Made by a program: the position numbers and the translations under genes. The notes beneath the pieces were generated by a model, which was not told where the DNA came from, ran no database searches, and saw only the letters and a list, made by a program, of their open reading frames with translations. Of a stretch of DNA of 64,000 nt, positions 9,070 through 18,973 are shown one piece after another; within the stretch, counting starts at the first letter, position 1, and the number at the start of each line of letters is the position of its first letter. Source of the DNA: a virus (taxonomy: Duplodnaviria > Caudoviricetes); IMG/VR virus record IMGVR_UViG_2061766007_000705; one strand, given 5' to 3'.

Positions 9070-10227
9070 TTATGAAAACAAAATTTTCATTAATTCGTCA
9101 TTTCCGTCTAATGTTGTCTCTGTTTTCATTTGTTCTAAATTATCATAATATTCCTTTAATGGTTTGTGATGGTTTGCACTATAACTACATAAATTTGAAT
9201 AATAATAAGAATTTTTTTCTGTAATCTCTGACCAAAAGATTTTTTCATCTTTTGTATTGTTGTATAAGTTAGTTTTTTCAACTACTTGTGCACAAAGTTC
9301 TGTGAAATTATTTATAAATTCTTCTATTGATTCTTCATTCATTGGTACTTCTAACAATCCATCTTCAATAACAAATTTATCTTGAACTTCTTGTGGAAGA
9401 CATTTAATACAACCCTTATCTAAACCATTTATTGTATTTGAAGCAATAACTTCATTAATATATTTTTCAATTTCTTCATCAGAATACTTATATTTTTTAA
9501 GCCAAGTCTTAATTTTAGCAGTCAACTTTTCACCAAGTTCGTTTCGCTCAATATATGTTACTGTTTCCTTACCGTTTACTTGACTATAAGTAACCTTTAC
9601 ATACTTTAAAAAATTCCATCTTACTTTGATTTGGTCGTAAGGAATGTTGTACATTTGGTTCATAAGTATCGCATATATATATAACTGCCCCTTATCATTC
9701 TCAATTTTTTGACCACGATATATTGTACTCGTTTTAAAATCATCTATATAAAGGATTTTGTTATCAATATGCATCTTATCCACATAACCACCGAAGAAAT
9801 AATCTCCAATATATCCATAAACATATTGCTCCAATTTTGCATTATTATCTTGTACATACTCTCTTAAAAAATGTTCTATACAAGACGTATAATTATTTTT
9901 AATGGTAGCATTTTGTTCTTCATTACTTGAGAACTTAATACCTGCCATATCGTTAATCATAACTTTTTCTCTCAATTGTTCAATCATTTCTTGATTAGTT
10001 AATTTACCATCATAGAAATCTTCTAACAATGAGTGAGTTATTCCACCAAGATACGAATATGAATTATCCCCTCTGTCTGGTGGAACTTTTAAAATGTATC
10101 TCAATAAATAAGAATACGGGTCATTATGATAGGTCTGAATTTTAGACCAACTATAGATTTCTGTTGCGTTATTTAATCGCATTATTTCTTGTACTTCTTC
10201 GTTTGTTTTACGCAACTCTATTTCCAC
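9070..10227 (-). CDS. PD-(D/E)XK (AddB/Cas4-like) exonuclease
   Basis: YSWSKI, G.ITH..LE, GYVDKM...IDDFKTS...QLYIYA. Confidence 0.8.
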   Translation of the reverse strand: MEIELRKTNEEVQEIMRLNNATEIYSWSKIQTYHNDPYSYLLRYILKVPPDRGDNSYSYLGGITHSLLEDFYDGKLTNQEMIEQLREKVMINDMAGIKFSSNEEQNATIKNNYTSCIEHFLREYVQDNNAKLEQYVYGYIGDYFFGGYVDKMHIDNKILYIDDFKTSTIYRGQKIENDKGQLYIYAILMNQMYNIPYDQIKVRWNFLKYVKVTYSQVNGKETVTYIERNELGEKLTAKIKTWLKKYKYSDEEIEKYINEVIASNTINGLDKGCIKCLPQEVQDKFVIEDGLLEVPMNEESIEEFINNFTELCAQVVEKTNLYNNTKDEKIFWSEITEKNSYYYSNLCSYSANHHKPLKEYYDNLEQMKTETTLDGNDELMKILFS

Positions 10228-11329
10228 CCCTTTCTTGTTCTATTTTTTGTTTTTCTACTATATATTGTTCGTGTTCCTTGTTGTCATACAATATCTTGTA
10301 TTTGAACATATGTGTATATAGGTCATTTGATAAATCAGCAGGAGATTCTTTGTCGTGCAATATAACATCATATTCGTCCCACATATAGTATACACGTCTG
10401 ATGTTATAAAATTTTTCACAAAGTTCCCTTACTTGATGTCTACTTATTCCTCTATCCATAGCAATTATAATATCTACATCTAAAGAAATGAGTATTTTTT
10501 CTTGTTCTGATGAAATACTATGACCACACACTGCAACACCAGTTTCATCGCCCCAAGAATATCTTTTAAGAACGGATTTCTCTGCTTCAAATACAGTAAC
10601 ATACCCTTCTTTTGTGATAGATTGATGATTTTCTTGTAAGCCATAAATATTCATTGTTTTAGGATACCTTTCTTTTCTCATTGACATATATTTAGGTATA
10701 CCTAATAAATCATAGTTTTTAAGTGTAGTTCTACCAGTAATGCCTACCCAATCATTATCGCCACCATACCACAATCTATGCGGTATGATAATTCTTTTAG
10801 ATTTTATATCATATCCAATATTAAATCTATTAATTGCTTTTGGTAAGATACCTTCTCTTATCCAATTAATATGTGGTAAAAATAAATATTCCTCATTTGA
10901 TAATGAATTGAACACCGTTAATTCTTCACATCTATTATCTTTACATTGTGCGATTTGTTTTGCTCTTAAGAAAACAGAAGATAAGTCTTTGGATTCTTTA
11001 GCGATTGTTTTAGCATTTGTATTAATATATGGGAGATTAAATAGTTTATGTAAATAACGCATTGAATCAACAAAACCCACTTTTTTAATACACATTATTA
11101 AACTAAATACGTCACCTTCAAATGACAACGTATCGTCATAACTTTTCACACTTAATGTATCTTTTCTTATACATAAAGAATTAGCGTTATTGTGATTAGG
11201 TAGTGCACATCTAATTTGACCTGAAGTTTCGTGTATTTTATGACATTCTAAACTTTCAAGAACGGTAACAATCAATGAATTATCACGTATATATTCTTTT
11301 AATTGTTGTGCGGTAATTTTGCACACCAC
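10208..11329 (-). CDS. dnaG: Phage DNA primase
   Basis: CALPNH zinc-finger-like N-terminus, RIIIP...GITGR, TOPRIM FEAEKS and IAMDRG; follows the helicase. Confidence 0.82.
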   Translation of the reverse strand: MVCKITAQQLKEYIRDNSLIVTVLESLECHKIHETSGQIRCALPNHNNANSLCIRKDTLSVKSYDDTLSFEGDVFSLIMCIKKVGFVDSMRYLHKLFNLPYINTNAKTIAKESKDLSSVFLRAKQIAQCKDNRCEELTVFNSLSNEEYLFLPHINWIREGILPKAINRFNIGYDIKSKRIIIPHRLWYGGDNDWVGITGRTTLKNYDLLGIPKYMSMRKERYPKTMNIYGLQENHQSITKEGYVTVFEAEKSVLKRYSWGDETGVAVCGHSISSEQEKILISLDVDIIIAMDRGISRHQVRELCEKFYNIRRVYYMWDEYDVILHDKESPADLSNDLYTHMFKYKILYDNKEHEQYIVEKQKIEQERGGNRVA

Positions 11330-11340
11330 CTTTCTACACT

Positions 11341-12876
11341 TTAGAAATCTATTGGAACATTAGTAAATCCAACTTCCTTAATGATATTACGACTAAAATC
11401 CACTTCTAATACAATTTGTCTTGAACCTGCACCAGCAGCTGCTTCTCTACTTTTAGCAATAAATAAGATTTGATATTTTTTATCTTTATCTAATGTTACT
11501 GGTACCATACTTCTGTTGTTCGCTCCACCCATACGATATACATATAATTGTCTGCGTTCACCTGGATATTCATCATCATATATATTTCTGATGAAAAATG
11601 CACTTGCACACGGGTCAACGATATTTTTACTTTCACCAATATTATCCAAACTTAAATATCGTGTTCTTGCACTGCCTTTGTTTAACTGTACTGTGCAAAT
11701 TAAATGTACATTCTTGCTACTCTCTTTAACTATATTATATAACATAGTTATATTCTGTACCATTTGAAGTCTTGCATTATCTGTAACTTCATAACCATCA
11801 GCATTATCTAACTTGAATGTATCTATTGCAAAATATTTAACCCCTGCCGATGCATACTTTTTAATAAGTTTGGCAACAGTAGCTGTTTTATATCTTTCAA
11901 GTGGAATTAATGTTATATTTTTATTTTCTTTGCTTATTCTCAAATAATCAGCACATTTCTTTAATTGTTCTAATGTTTCTTCTGAATATTGTCCGTTACG
12001 AACCTTCCATTTAGGCATATCCATAGCGTAAACGTTATTTGCAACCCACACTAACAATTCTCTTTGCCACTTGTCAAGTCCTTCCTCGTTTAAAAAAATA
12101 ACTATTCTTTCATTTTTATGTAAAATTGTAGGTAATACAGTAAGTCTTAAAAATGTTGATTTACCACTATTACTTACACCACCTAATAAAGTAATGTCAC
12201 CCAACATCATACCACCAGTTTCAGTATTGAGCATTGGTACTGATGCAAAAGGCAACCCTTTACCAGTTTCAACATTAAGTTTTTCAATTAAATCATCTAT
12301 TCCGTCTGAAATATCTTTTGAAACAATACCAAAATCAGTATTTGAGAAAATAGTATTAAGAGTAATTTCAAACTCATTATATATTTCTTCTAATGTCTTA
12401 TCTTCAAACTCAGATAATCTATTATTAACTGGATATCCTAATTCTGCAAGCCTTTTAATTTTACCCCACTTACGAAGTTCATTAATGTATGATGAAAGAT
12501 TCTCTATGTTGATATATTCAGCAACTTTCATTATTCCGTCATACCCACCAAAATCTTCATATACTTGACGTAGATTAGGATGCTTTTCCAAATAGAAACC
12601 AACTGTAATTGCATCTACAGACTTCTTTTCTTCTTCTAAAATTATTTGACGAATAATTTCATAAAAAACTCTCCATTCATTAATATCAAAATCTGATAAC
12701 TGAAGGTCATCATATTCATATAATAATGAAGGTTCTTTCCAAAAAGAGCCAACGATATTCGCTTCTGCTGATTTCTTATATTCTAATACCTTGGCAATTG
12801 TATCTTTTAATTCATCTTGGAATGATTTGTTATTTGCTAATTTTTGAGTTAGTGTCTCTTTTTTTGCTTTAGCCAT
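11341..12876 (-). CDS. dnaB: DnaB-like replicative helicase
   Basis: Walker A GGVSNSGKST, FLNEE, AIDTFK, TVQL, IAKSR. Confidence 0.85.
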   Translation of the reverse strand: MAKAKKETLTQKLANNKSFQDELKDTIAKVLEYKKSAEANIVGSFWKEPSLLYEYDDLQLSDFDINEWRVFYEIIRQIILEEEKKSVDAITVGFYLEKHPNLRQVYEDFGGYDGIMKVAEYINIENLSSYINELRKWGKIKRLAELGYPVNNRLSEFEDKTLEEIYNEFEITLNTIFSNTDFGIVSKDISDGIDDLIEKLNVETGKGLPFASVPMLNTETGGMMLGDITLLGGVSNSGKSTFLRLTVLPTILHKNERIVIFLNEEGLDKWQRELLVWVANNVYAMDMPKWKVRNGQYSEETLEQLKKCADYLRISKENKNITLIPLERYKTATVAKLIKKYASAGVKYFAIDTFKLDNADGYEVTDNARLQMVQNITMLYNIVKESSKNVHLICTVQLNKGSARTRYLSLDNIGESKNIVDPCASAFFIRNIYDDEYPGERRQLYVYRMGGANNRSMVPVTLDKDKKYQILFIAKSREAAAGAGSRQIVLEVDFSRNIIKEVGFTNVPIDF

Positions 12877-13362
12877 TTAAAAAAATTCCTCTAATGATTC
12901 ATCTACTTGCGTACTCTTTGTCTTATAAGTATCGTCTGCTTCTTCTTGTATTTTGGCAACCTCATATTGTTCAGCCATTACAGGTTCAGAATTTTCTATC
13001 TGAGATTGTTGTTCTTCTGCTTTCCGTATCATATCTTTAACGACAACAAGATTCGCATCAATAATACGCATTACAGTATTAATACGATGATGTTCATCCT
13101 TAAATGTCATACGATTAAAAAGTTTCATAATCTCTGGTTTACAATACTTGAACGTACACAATATATCTTTGTAAGTGTAATACTTATTTTCTTCTGTGAG
13201 TTCTTTATTACCAAACGCTTTACCAGTAATAAAACCATTTATGCGAACCCAAAGATAATTAGGGGTAGCATAATTACGTTGGTCATATCCAAATATATCT
13301 TTTCTAAGATATTCAGATAATTCATTTCTATATTTAATTTCTTCTTCACTTAATTTCGCCAA
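12877..13362 (-). CDS. Putative helicase loader / replication protein
   Basis: TTG start with GGTGA RBS; abuts dnaB; same position as SPbeta yorH. Confidence 0.55.
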   Translation of the reverse strand: MAKLSEEEIKYRNELSEYLRKDIFGYDQRNYATPNYLWVRINGFITGKAFGNKELTEENKYYTYKDILCTFKYCKPEIMKLFNRMTFKDEHHRINTVMRIIDANLVVVKDMIRKAEEQQSQIENSEPVMAEQYEVAKIQEEADDTYKTKSTQVDESLEEFF

Positions 13363-13521
13363 AATATCACCGTTTGTGAAAAGTTATAAAAGTTAAAATT
13401 TATAACTTCATCACTTCTCCTTTCTTCGAATTCCTTTTCATTTATAAAGATAAACTAATCAGGTTGATATAACTCTCTGGGAGCTTAACTTTGGTGTAAC
13501 GGACACCTAGTTTGCTTGTTT
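13350..13521 (-). ncRNA. Putative IS607 TnpB omegaRNA with guide UGAUAUUUUGGCGAAAUUAA
   Basis: About 150 nt of non-coding sequence between the tnpB stop and the element end; guide is the downstream flank. Confidence 0.55.
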
Positions 13522-14797
13522 TTACACTACTTTTATTTTTTTATATCCATTTGTGGGATACAATTCTAAGTTAATTGACGCATTAAAATCTCTATCAATT
13601 TCAATTCCGCAATTATCACATTTATAAATTCTATCAGATAATTTTAAGTCTTTTTTAATATAACCGCAACAACTACAAAGTTTTGATGATGGATACCATC
13701 TATCGGCAATCTCTAAATTAATACCATTTAACTCACATTTATAAGTCATAATCTGTTTAAACTTAGATAAATTTTCTTCCTGTATGGCTCTTGCGAGTTT
13801 TAGATTTTGTAACATACCCTTTACATTTAAGTCTTCAAGTACAATGGTGTGTGATTTGGTTCTTATCGCATCATTGACTACTTCATACATATATGTTTTT
13901 TGAATGTTACTAATCTTACGGTATATTAACCTTTCGGTCTGTTCTAACTTTGCAATATTCTTTGTTTTATGATATATCTTTTTACCATTTTTGTCAGTTG
14001 TAGCATTAACCTCATATTTCTTTGATATTAATCTTTGAATATGTTTTAATCTTTTACGCAGTTTCTTTATTTTCGGGTCTTTGTTGATGTTTTGCCAATG
14101 TTTTCCATTAGAAAATACAGCTAAATCTTTTATTCCAAGGTCAATACCTAAATAATCTCTTTTATAATCCACAATAGCATTTTCTTCAATTTCATAAGAA
14201 TAAGATAAATACCAATATTTACCATCAAACCTTATACGAGGATTGTATATATGTTTTGGTAAATCCACATCTTTAAGCATTATACATTTTATAGGTTTTT
14301 TGATACCTGTAATCTTAATATGAGTATTATCTGTTTTACGAATCTTATCTGTCCTTTGGTAAAACGATTCTTTACATTTGCCACGTTTTTTATATTTTGG
14401 TAGATACTTGTCATTATTTGACTTATTTTTTTTGCGGTCTCGATATGCTTTCTTATAGGCTTTAAGCAAATCTTTTATAGCTTGTTTTGTAATAGCCTCT
14501 GGTATCTCATTAAGCCAAACATAGTCTGAATTATTATGTTTTAAATCTTGTAAATGTTTCATCAAGTCAGACATAGATGCATATCGTCTTTCTTCTTTCC
14601 ATACCTTATCATAGAAAGTTTTACTTTCATTCCAAGCAAAGCGATTTGCATCTGTAAAACGGAAAAAATCTGCTATTTGTTCTTTATTTGGTTGTAATCT
14701 TACCACTTTTCCTATTAGCATTTCAATTTCCTTTATTAGTATTCTACAAATTGTAAAATCCATAACAAATTTAACTTTTTATAAATTTTCGGTTACC
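13370..14797 (-). mobile_element. Non-autonomous IS607-family tnpB element inserted at a GG dinucleotide
   Basis: Minus-strand ends GG|TAACCGAAAATTTATAAAAAGTTAAATTT and AAATTTTAACTTTTATAACTTTTCACAAACGG form imperfect inverted repeats; no serine-recombinase tnpA. Confidence 0.75.
13522..14721 (-). CDS. tnpB: RNA-guided endonuclease TnpB (IS607-type)
   Basis: GIDLGIK, IVLEDLNV, DRWYPSSKLCSCCG...CDNCG, DRDFNASINL: complete D-E-D triad and zinc finger; start MLIGKV after AAAGGA. Confidence 0.93.
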   Translation of the reverse strand: MLIGKVVRLQPNKEQIADFFRFTDANRFAWNESKTFYDKVWKEERRYASMSDLMKHLQDLKHNNSDYVWLNEIPEAITKQAIKDLLKAYKKAYRDRKKNKSNNDKYLPKYKKRGKCKESFYQRTDKIRKTDNTHIKITGIKKPIKCIMLKDVDLPKHIYNPRIRFDGKYWYLSYSYEIEENAIVDYKRDYLGIDLGIKDLAVFSNGKHWQNINKDPKIKKLRKRLKHIQRLISKKYEVNATTDKNGKKIYHKTKNIAKLEQTERLIYRKISNIQKTYMYEVVNDAIRTKSHTIVLEDLNVKGMLQNLKLARAIQEENLSKFKQIMTYKCELNGINLEIADRWYPSSKLCSCCGYIKKDLKLSDRIYKCDNCGIEIDRDFNASINLELYPTNGYKKIKVV

Positions 14798-14806
14798 TAT
14801 TTTGAT

Positions 14807-14844
14807 AAAATGGGAGTTTATCATAAAGACTCACTCCCATTTTT
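14807..14844. terminator. Intrinsic terminator after the ATPase gene
   Basis: AAAATGGGAGT...ACTCCCATTTT stem with T-runs on both strands. Confidence 0.7.
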
Positions 14845-14861
14845 AATTTATATAAGACTAA

Positions 14862-15971
14862 TTATTTTAATACTTCCATATACTTTTCAAGAGTTTCCAT
14901 AGGGAAGTCTGCTACATTCTTATACATATCTGGTGTAATACTATATTCTTCATTAATAGTCTTAATCATACCCAACTTTTCAGATGTAAGAGACTTAGCC
15001 TTAGATTGGAAAATTTCAAGCATTTCTTTCTTCTTACTGATTTCTTCTTCAGCAGTCTTCTTTGCCTTTTCAACCTTCTGAGCCTTTTCAACGTTTGTTT
15101 CACGTTCCTTATTTTCGTTGTCTTGCATCTTCTTAATGTCCTTTTCAGAAACATTATCGGTCATCATAGAACCCTTTACACCCATTTCAAATGCACTCAT
15201 AAATGAATCTGCTGAAAGAGGGAGTTTTTCTGGAAGACCAGTGAATCTACCGCCTGCATCTACAAGACCATTGGACTGGAAATACATTACTCTACTGCTA
15301 CCAATCTGTTTACCATCCTTAATGTCTCTTTCAATTACAATATTGACAATCATCTGACAAATATCAGCGATTGGGTTATAATAAGTGGTGAAAAGATTGT
15401 TAGTAACCTGTTCGTATTGCTCACCAGTAACTGGGTCAGTCTTATCCTTATTCTTTGTATGTGCGAGAATGAATACTGCATAACCAACTGAACGAAGTCT
15501 ACCAACTTGTTCAAGTATAAGTTCTACAATCTTACGTCCAGCTGCCCCGTAACCCCCAAGGGCTGAATTAACCGATTCAGGATACGAACCCTTAAGTTTT
15601 CTATGAAGTTCAAATACTTCTTTTGTAGCAACTTCAACAACCTTATCAAGAGTATCAAGGCAAACCATTTCAATACCATACTCTGCTTTGTTCTCTACAA
15701 GGTCATCTACAATCTGTACAAAACCACGATTGCCGTCTTCATCTTCTTCAGCATCCCATTCAGTTACCTTTTCAAACTGTAACTTATCGAGAGCGAGATA
15801 ACCTTCCTCATCTGCGAAAGAAAGGAGAAGACCTTTCTCTTCATTGCCATCAAAATTCTTTAATACAAGGTCTCTAAAAAGAGTTGACTTACCACTCTTA
15901 GGTTGTCCCATAATCAGATATGGTGGATAACTTCTTAAATCTACCTTTACAACGTTTTTCTTAAAACCCAT
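14862..15971 (-). CDS. Sak4-like AAA ATPase (single-strand annealing / recombination protein)
   Basis: GQPKSGKST, CLDTLD, GGYG, ILAH; adjacent to an SSB-like gene; SPbeta yorG position. Confidence 0.75.
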   Translation of the reverse strand: MGFKKNVVKVDLRSYPPYLIMGQPKSGKSTLFRDLVLKNFDGNEEKGLLLSFADEEGYLALDKLQFEKVTEWDAEEDEDGNRGFVQIVDDLVENKAEYGIEMVCLDTLDKVVEVATKEVFELHRKLKGSYPESVNSALGGYGAAGRKIVELILEQVGRLRSVGYAVFILAHTKNKDKTDPVTGEQYEQVTNNLFTTYYNPIADICQMIVNIVIERDIKDGKQIGSSRVMYFQSNGLVDAGGRFTGLPEKLPLSADSFMSAFEMGVKGSMMTDNVSEKDIKKMQDNENKERETNVEKAQKVEKAKKTAEEEISKKKEMLEIFQSKAKSLTSEKLGMIKTINEEYSITPDMYKNVADFPMETLEKYMEVLK

Positions 15972-15985
15972 AATCTCACCTTCCT

Positions 15986-17194
15986 TTAGTTAGCATCAAA
16001 CAGGAAACTAAGGTCTACACCATCTTCTGTTGTAGGTGCTGGAGTAGTTTCTTCCTTCTTTTCTTCCTTCTTTGGTGCTTCCTCTGTATTGTTAGTAGGA
16101 GTATCATCGTTATCAATTACATCACTGTACATAACAACTTCATCCATCTTGTACTTTTCTGGAGTGTAGTTAATGCGAACATCAACACCACCATCTTCCT
16201 TAACACTCTTGGTCGTTGAAGGTCTTACCCAAATCATTCTCTTTTCACGAGTTCCAGTGATTACACTCTTTGCAATCGCTTCATCTTCGGTAATAACACC
16301 CATATTCACAAGGTCTCTCATATTATCAGGAAGGTCATCTACAGTCATAGATGATGTCTGCACACCCTCACAAAGTTCTCCTTCTACTACGAGTTCTGAA
16401 TACCAATTCTTTTTACCAGTAAAGAAAGACTTAATCTGTAACTTTAACTGTTCTTCAGTATATCTACCAAGGTCAATATCAAATGACTTTGGATAAGCAA
16501 CATTCTGCTTAATTTCCTTACCATCATACTTACCAAGATAGTCTACCACATAACCATATACAGTAAGACAATTCTTTTCTGTATCCTTCTTCTTAGAAAG
16601 TGAATCAGTCGTGAGAAGGAATGACTGTGTAAATGAAGACTTAAAGTTCTCTGCTGGTGTATCAGATGCCATAGCATATACGGATGTAATCTTCTTTCTT
16701 GTCTGTACTTCGTCATTGTAAATAGAATATTCAAGATTACCACTTACACGAACAATCATATCATTCTGAAGATTTTCATTGAGATAGGCAATAGCATCGT
16801 AAGATGATAAAAACTTTTCTGTTACATACTTATCATCCTTATCTTTAACTAAAGAAATCTTAATAAAACAATTTTCACCAATGTCTTCAAGAACACTTGC
16901 ATCGTTTCTATCAGCCCAATCAATAGTAAAACTGTTAGAATAATCATCCTTTACCTTTTCTCCGTCCATCTTCTTGCCGTGAACATAGATAGGATAATTC
17001 TTTTCTGGGTTGTAACCACCCATCATTTCACCATAAACTACATTACCATTACCACAATCTACACCAATGTTTGCCTTGTTGTAAATGAAACCACTATCAG
17101 AAGTGTTATCAAGGCTGAAGGTATAATTGTTAATCTTGGCTCTACCTACAAGTGTAAAGTAAGAAGAACCCTTTTTCATAATGTTTTCTGACAT
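15986..17194 (-). CDS. Putative single-stranded DNA-binding protein
   Basis: Beta-rich body with an acidic/aromatic tail (EDGVDLSFLFDAN); codon usage like the highly expressed genes; SPbeta yorF position. Confidence 0.6.
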   Translation of the reverse strand: MSENIMKKGSSYFTLVGRAKINNYTFSLDNTSDSGFIYNKANIGVDCGNGNVVYGEMMGGYNPEKNYPIYVHGKKMDGEKVKDDYSNSFTIDWADRNDASVLEDIGENCFIKISLVKDKDDKYVTEKFLSSYDAIAYLNENLQNDMIVRVSGNLEYSIYNDEVQTRKKITSVYAMASDTPAENFKSSFTQSFLLTTDSLSKKKDTEKNCLTVYGYVVDYLGKYDGKEIKQNVAYPKSFDIDLGRYTEEQLKLQIKSFFTGKKNWYSELVVEGELCEGVQTSSMTVDDLPDNMRDLVNMGVITEDEAIAKSVITGTREKRMIWVRPSTTKSVKEDGGVDVRINYTPEKYKMDEVVMYSDVIDNDDTPTNNTEEAPKKEEKKEETTPAPTTEDGVDLSFLFDAN

Positions 17195-17248
17195 AACTTT
17201 TTAATCCTTTCTTTGAATTTTAAATAATTGATTTATTTCAATAAACAT

Positions 17249-17277
17249 ATTATAACATAAAGAATATCAAAAGTCAA
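17249..17277 (-). promoter_or_regulatory. SigmaA promoter of the SSB/ATPase operon
   Basis: TTGACT-17 bp-TATAAT with extended TG. Confidence 0.8.
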
Positions 17278-17356
17278 GTAACTTTTAGCAAAATTTTCTA
17301 TTTTTTTATAATATTTCTAAAAATTAACACAATTTTTGACGCATAAAAAATATGTT

Positions 17357-17450
17357 CAATATGTAGTACTAGATGTTGTATATATATTTTATCACACCAC
17401 TATATATGGTATGTTTTTTCCAAAAAATGCATATAAAAATCGAATTTTAT
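17357..17450. repeat. Composite element copy 1: NrdR-box-like motifs plus 18-bp palindrome
   Basis: Cores CAATATGTAG (17357), CTAGATGTTG (17369), CTATATATGG (17400); palindrome ATAAAA-ATCGAA-TTTTAT (17433-17450). Confidence 0.7.
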
Positions 17451-17456
17451 TTCAGA

Positions 17457-17753
17457 CTATTTAATTATATACTTCTCTATTATTTCCATCGCTCTTCCTA
17501 AGCCAAATTCAAATTTATTATCAGGCGATTCATCCTTGTCATCAATTCCTAATATATGATGCTTGTATAAATCAAAATCTTCCTGAACTGCTTTTACCTC
17601 TTCTTCAATATCGAAAATAATCTCACGAAGTATTCTTGATACAATCTGTGGAGTATTATCATAGTTCATTTTACATACTGCAACAGTATCTAATGATTCA
17701 TCTATTTCTTTAATTGTATCTTCGTACAAAAGGGTCAAATTTCCAATCTGCAT
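17457..17753 (-). CDS. Hypothetical protein
   Basis: ORF in a tightly packed small-gene run. Confidence 0.6.
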   Translation of the reverse strand: MQIGNLTLLYEDTIKEIDESLDTVAVCKMNYDNTPQIVSRILREIIFDIEEEVKAVQEDFDLYKHHILGIDDKDESPDNKFEFGLGRAMEIIEKYIIK

Positions 17754-17913
17754 TATGGTATTCTAGGTATTCTACTTCATCCAACAGTTCAAGTATAAGG
17801 TCATGCTCTTCATAAAGTAATTGATTAGTACGATTAAGTTCTAAAGACCTTTTAACTCTATCTAATTTTTCAATCTGTCTTTCACAATGTTTTCGTAAAT
17901 CTTCTCTCGTCAT
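17710..17913 (-). CDS. Hypothetical protein
   Basis: Start MTREDL after GAAAGGA. Confidence 0.6.
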   Translation of the reverse strand: MTREDLRKHCERQIEKLDRVKRSLELNRTNQLLYEEHDLILELLDEVEYLEYHNADWKFDPFVRRYN

Positions 17914-17914
17914 T

Positions 17915-18118
17915 TTATTTTCCTTTCTGATAGGGATTATCCCAAAAGTCATATTCAATTGTCATCATACGACCATCCCTATTTTCACCTATTACATCAA
18001 TCCAATATACACCGTCATTATCATCGTATTGGTCAAGATTAAAAGATAAATATGGAAAAACAGCTAAAAGTATATCTTTATTAGTTGGATTATCTGGTAC
18101 ATTAATCGTTAATTGCAT
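17915..18118 (-). CDS. Hypothetical protein (P-x-x-x-T-N...W-x-N-x-Y motif)
   Basis: Start MQLTINV after GAGGA; resembles the C-terminus of 21609..22106. Confidence 0.6.
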   Translation of the reverse strand: MQLTINVPDNPTNKDILLAVFPYLSFNLDQYDDNDGVYWIDVIGENRDGRMMTIEYDFWDNPYQKGK

Positions 18119-18284
18119 TTTGATTCCTCTTTTCATTTATATTAGGTAATGTGCTACTATCCCATAATTCTAAATTTTCTTCAAGGGTTTTATTTTCTTT
18201 CTCAGACATAATGGAAAATATTGACATCGCTTCTCTAAATTCAGAACTTGCTTCACATATTATTTTAAATAATTCTTTATTCAT
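18102..18284 (-). CDS. Hypothetical protein
   Basis: ORF with GGGAG RBS. Confidence 0.55.
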   Translation of the reverse strand: MNKELFKIICEASSEFREAMSIFSIMSEKENKTLEENLELWDSSTLPNINEKRNQNAIND

Positions 18285-18299
18285 TTTAAAATCTCCCTA

Positions 18300-18737
18300 T
18301 TAAATATCACCAGGTATATAGCCTAAATATTCATATTCGTCTAGCCCATAAGTATACACATCTAATCCAATATAATTATATTGTTTTTTAAACTCTGCTT
18401 GATTTCTGTTAATAAACTCCCAATACTGATGTTTTGTAACCAATCCATCGGTACTCAAACTCAATCTATTACCAATAACTTCTGCATAGTTTATTTGTTT
18501 TTCTGTTGGTCTTAATTCCTTTGGAAGTTTCCACTCTATATCATCTTTATCGTAATCACTCTCATCAAAATCTTGACAAGATTCTGATTCTACTGTGCAC
18601 TTTATCTTACACTCACTACAACTATATCGAGTGAGTTTTGCAATATATGATTCTGTCCAAAATCCATCGTCTATTCTCGTTCTATCAACATACTTACTAG
18701 ACTTTTTCATTTCCTTACTACAATTAGGACACTTCAT
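18300..18737 (-). CDS. Zinc-ribbon hypothetical protein
   Basis: MKCPNC...CSEC; PTEKQINYA motif. Confidence 0.65.
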   Translation of the reverse strand: MKCPNCSKEMKKSSKYVDRTRIDDGFWTESYIAKLTRYSCSECKIKCTVESESCQDFDESDYDKDDIEWKLPKELRPTEKQINYAEVIGNRLSLSTDGLVTKHQYWEFINRNQAEFKKQYNYIGLDVYTYGLDEYEYLGYIPGDI

Positions 18738-18801
18738 TTGTTATCATTCCTTCCTACTATACTTTCATCTTACTATCATCTTTCTCTATTAATCTTGTAA
18801 T

Positions 18802-18972
18802 TTAGTCATTATCGTCATCAGCATATTCCACACTATCAAAAGCATTTTTGCCCCATTCTAGAAGTCTCTCAAACTCTTCTTCTGTGAAACCCCACATATT
18901 GCACAGTTCACCAAGACTATCTCTTCGACATTCTTCGTTGATTGCGTAAACTATTTTTTCGCCTTTAGTCAT
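18802..18972 (-). CDS. Hypothetical protein
   Basis: Start MTKGEK after AAGGAG. Confidence 0.55.
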   Translation of the reverse strand: MTKGEKIVYAINEECRRDSLGELCNMWGFTEEEFERLLEWGKNAFDSVEYADDDND

Positions 18973-18973
18973 T

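Noticed and set aside
10258-10267. Single CTATATATTG box inside the primase gene
   Set aside because: Coding, no partner at about 31 bp and no palindrome at +33/34
5706-12876. Inteins or introns in dnaE or dnaB
   Set aside because: Protein lengths are normal, frames are continuous, and no intein or homing-endonuclease motifs were seen
13370-14797. IStron (group I intron fused to IS607)
   Set aside because: Only about 75 bp lie between the left end and tnpB, too little for a ribozyme core, and the insertion is intergenic
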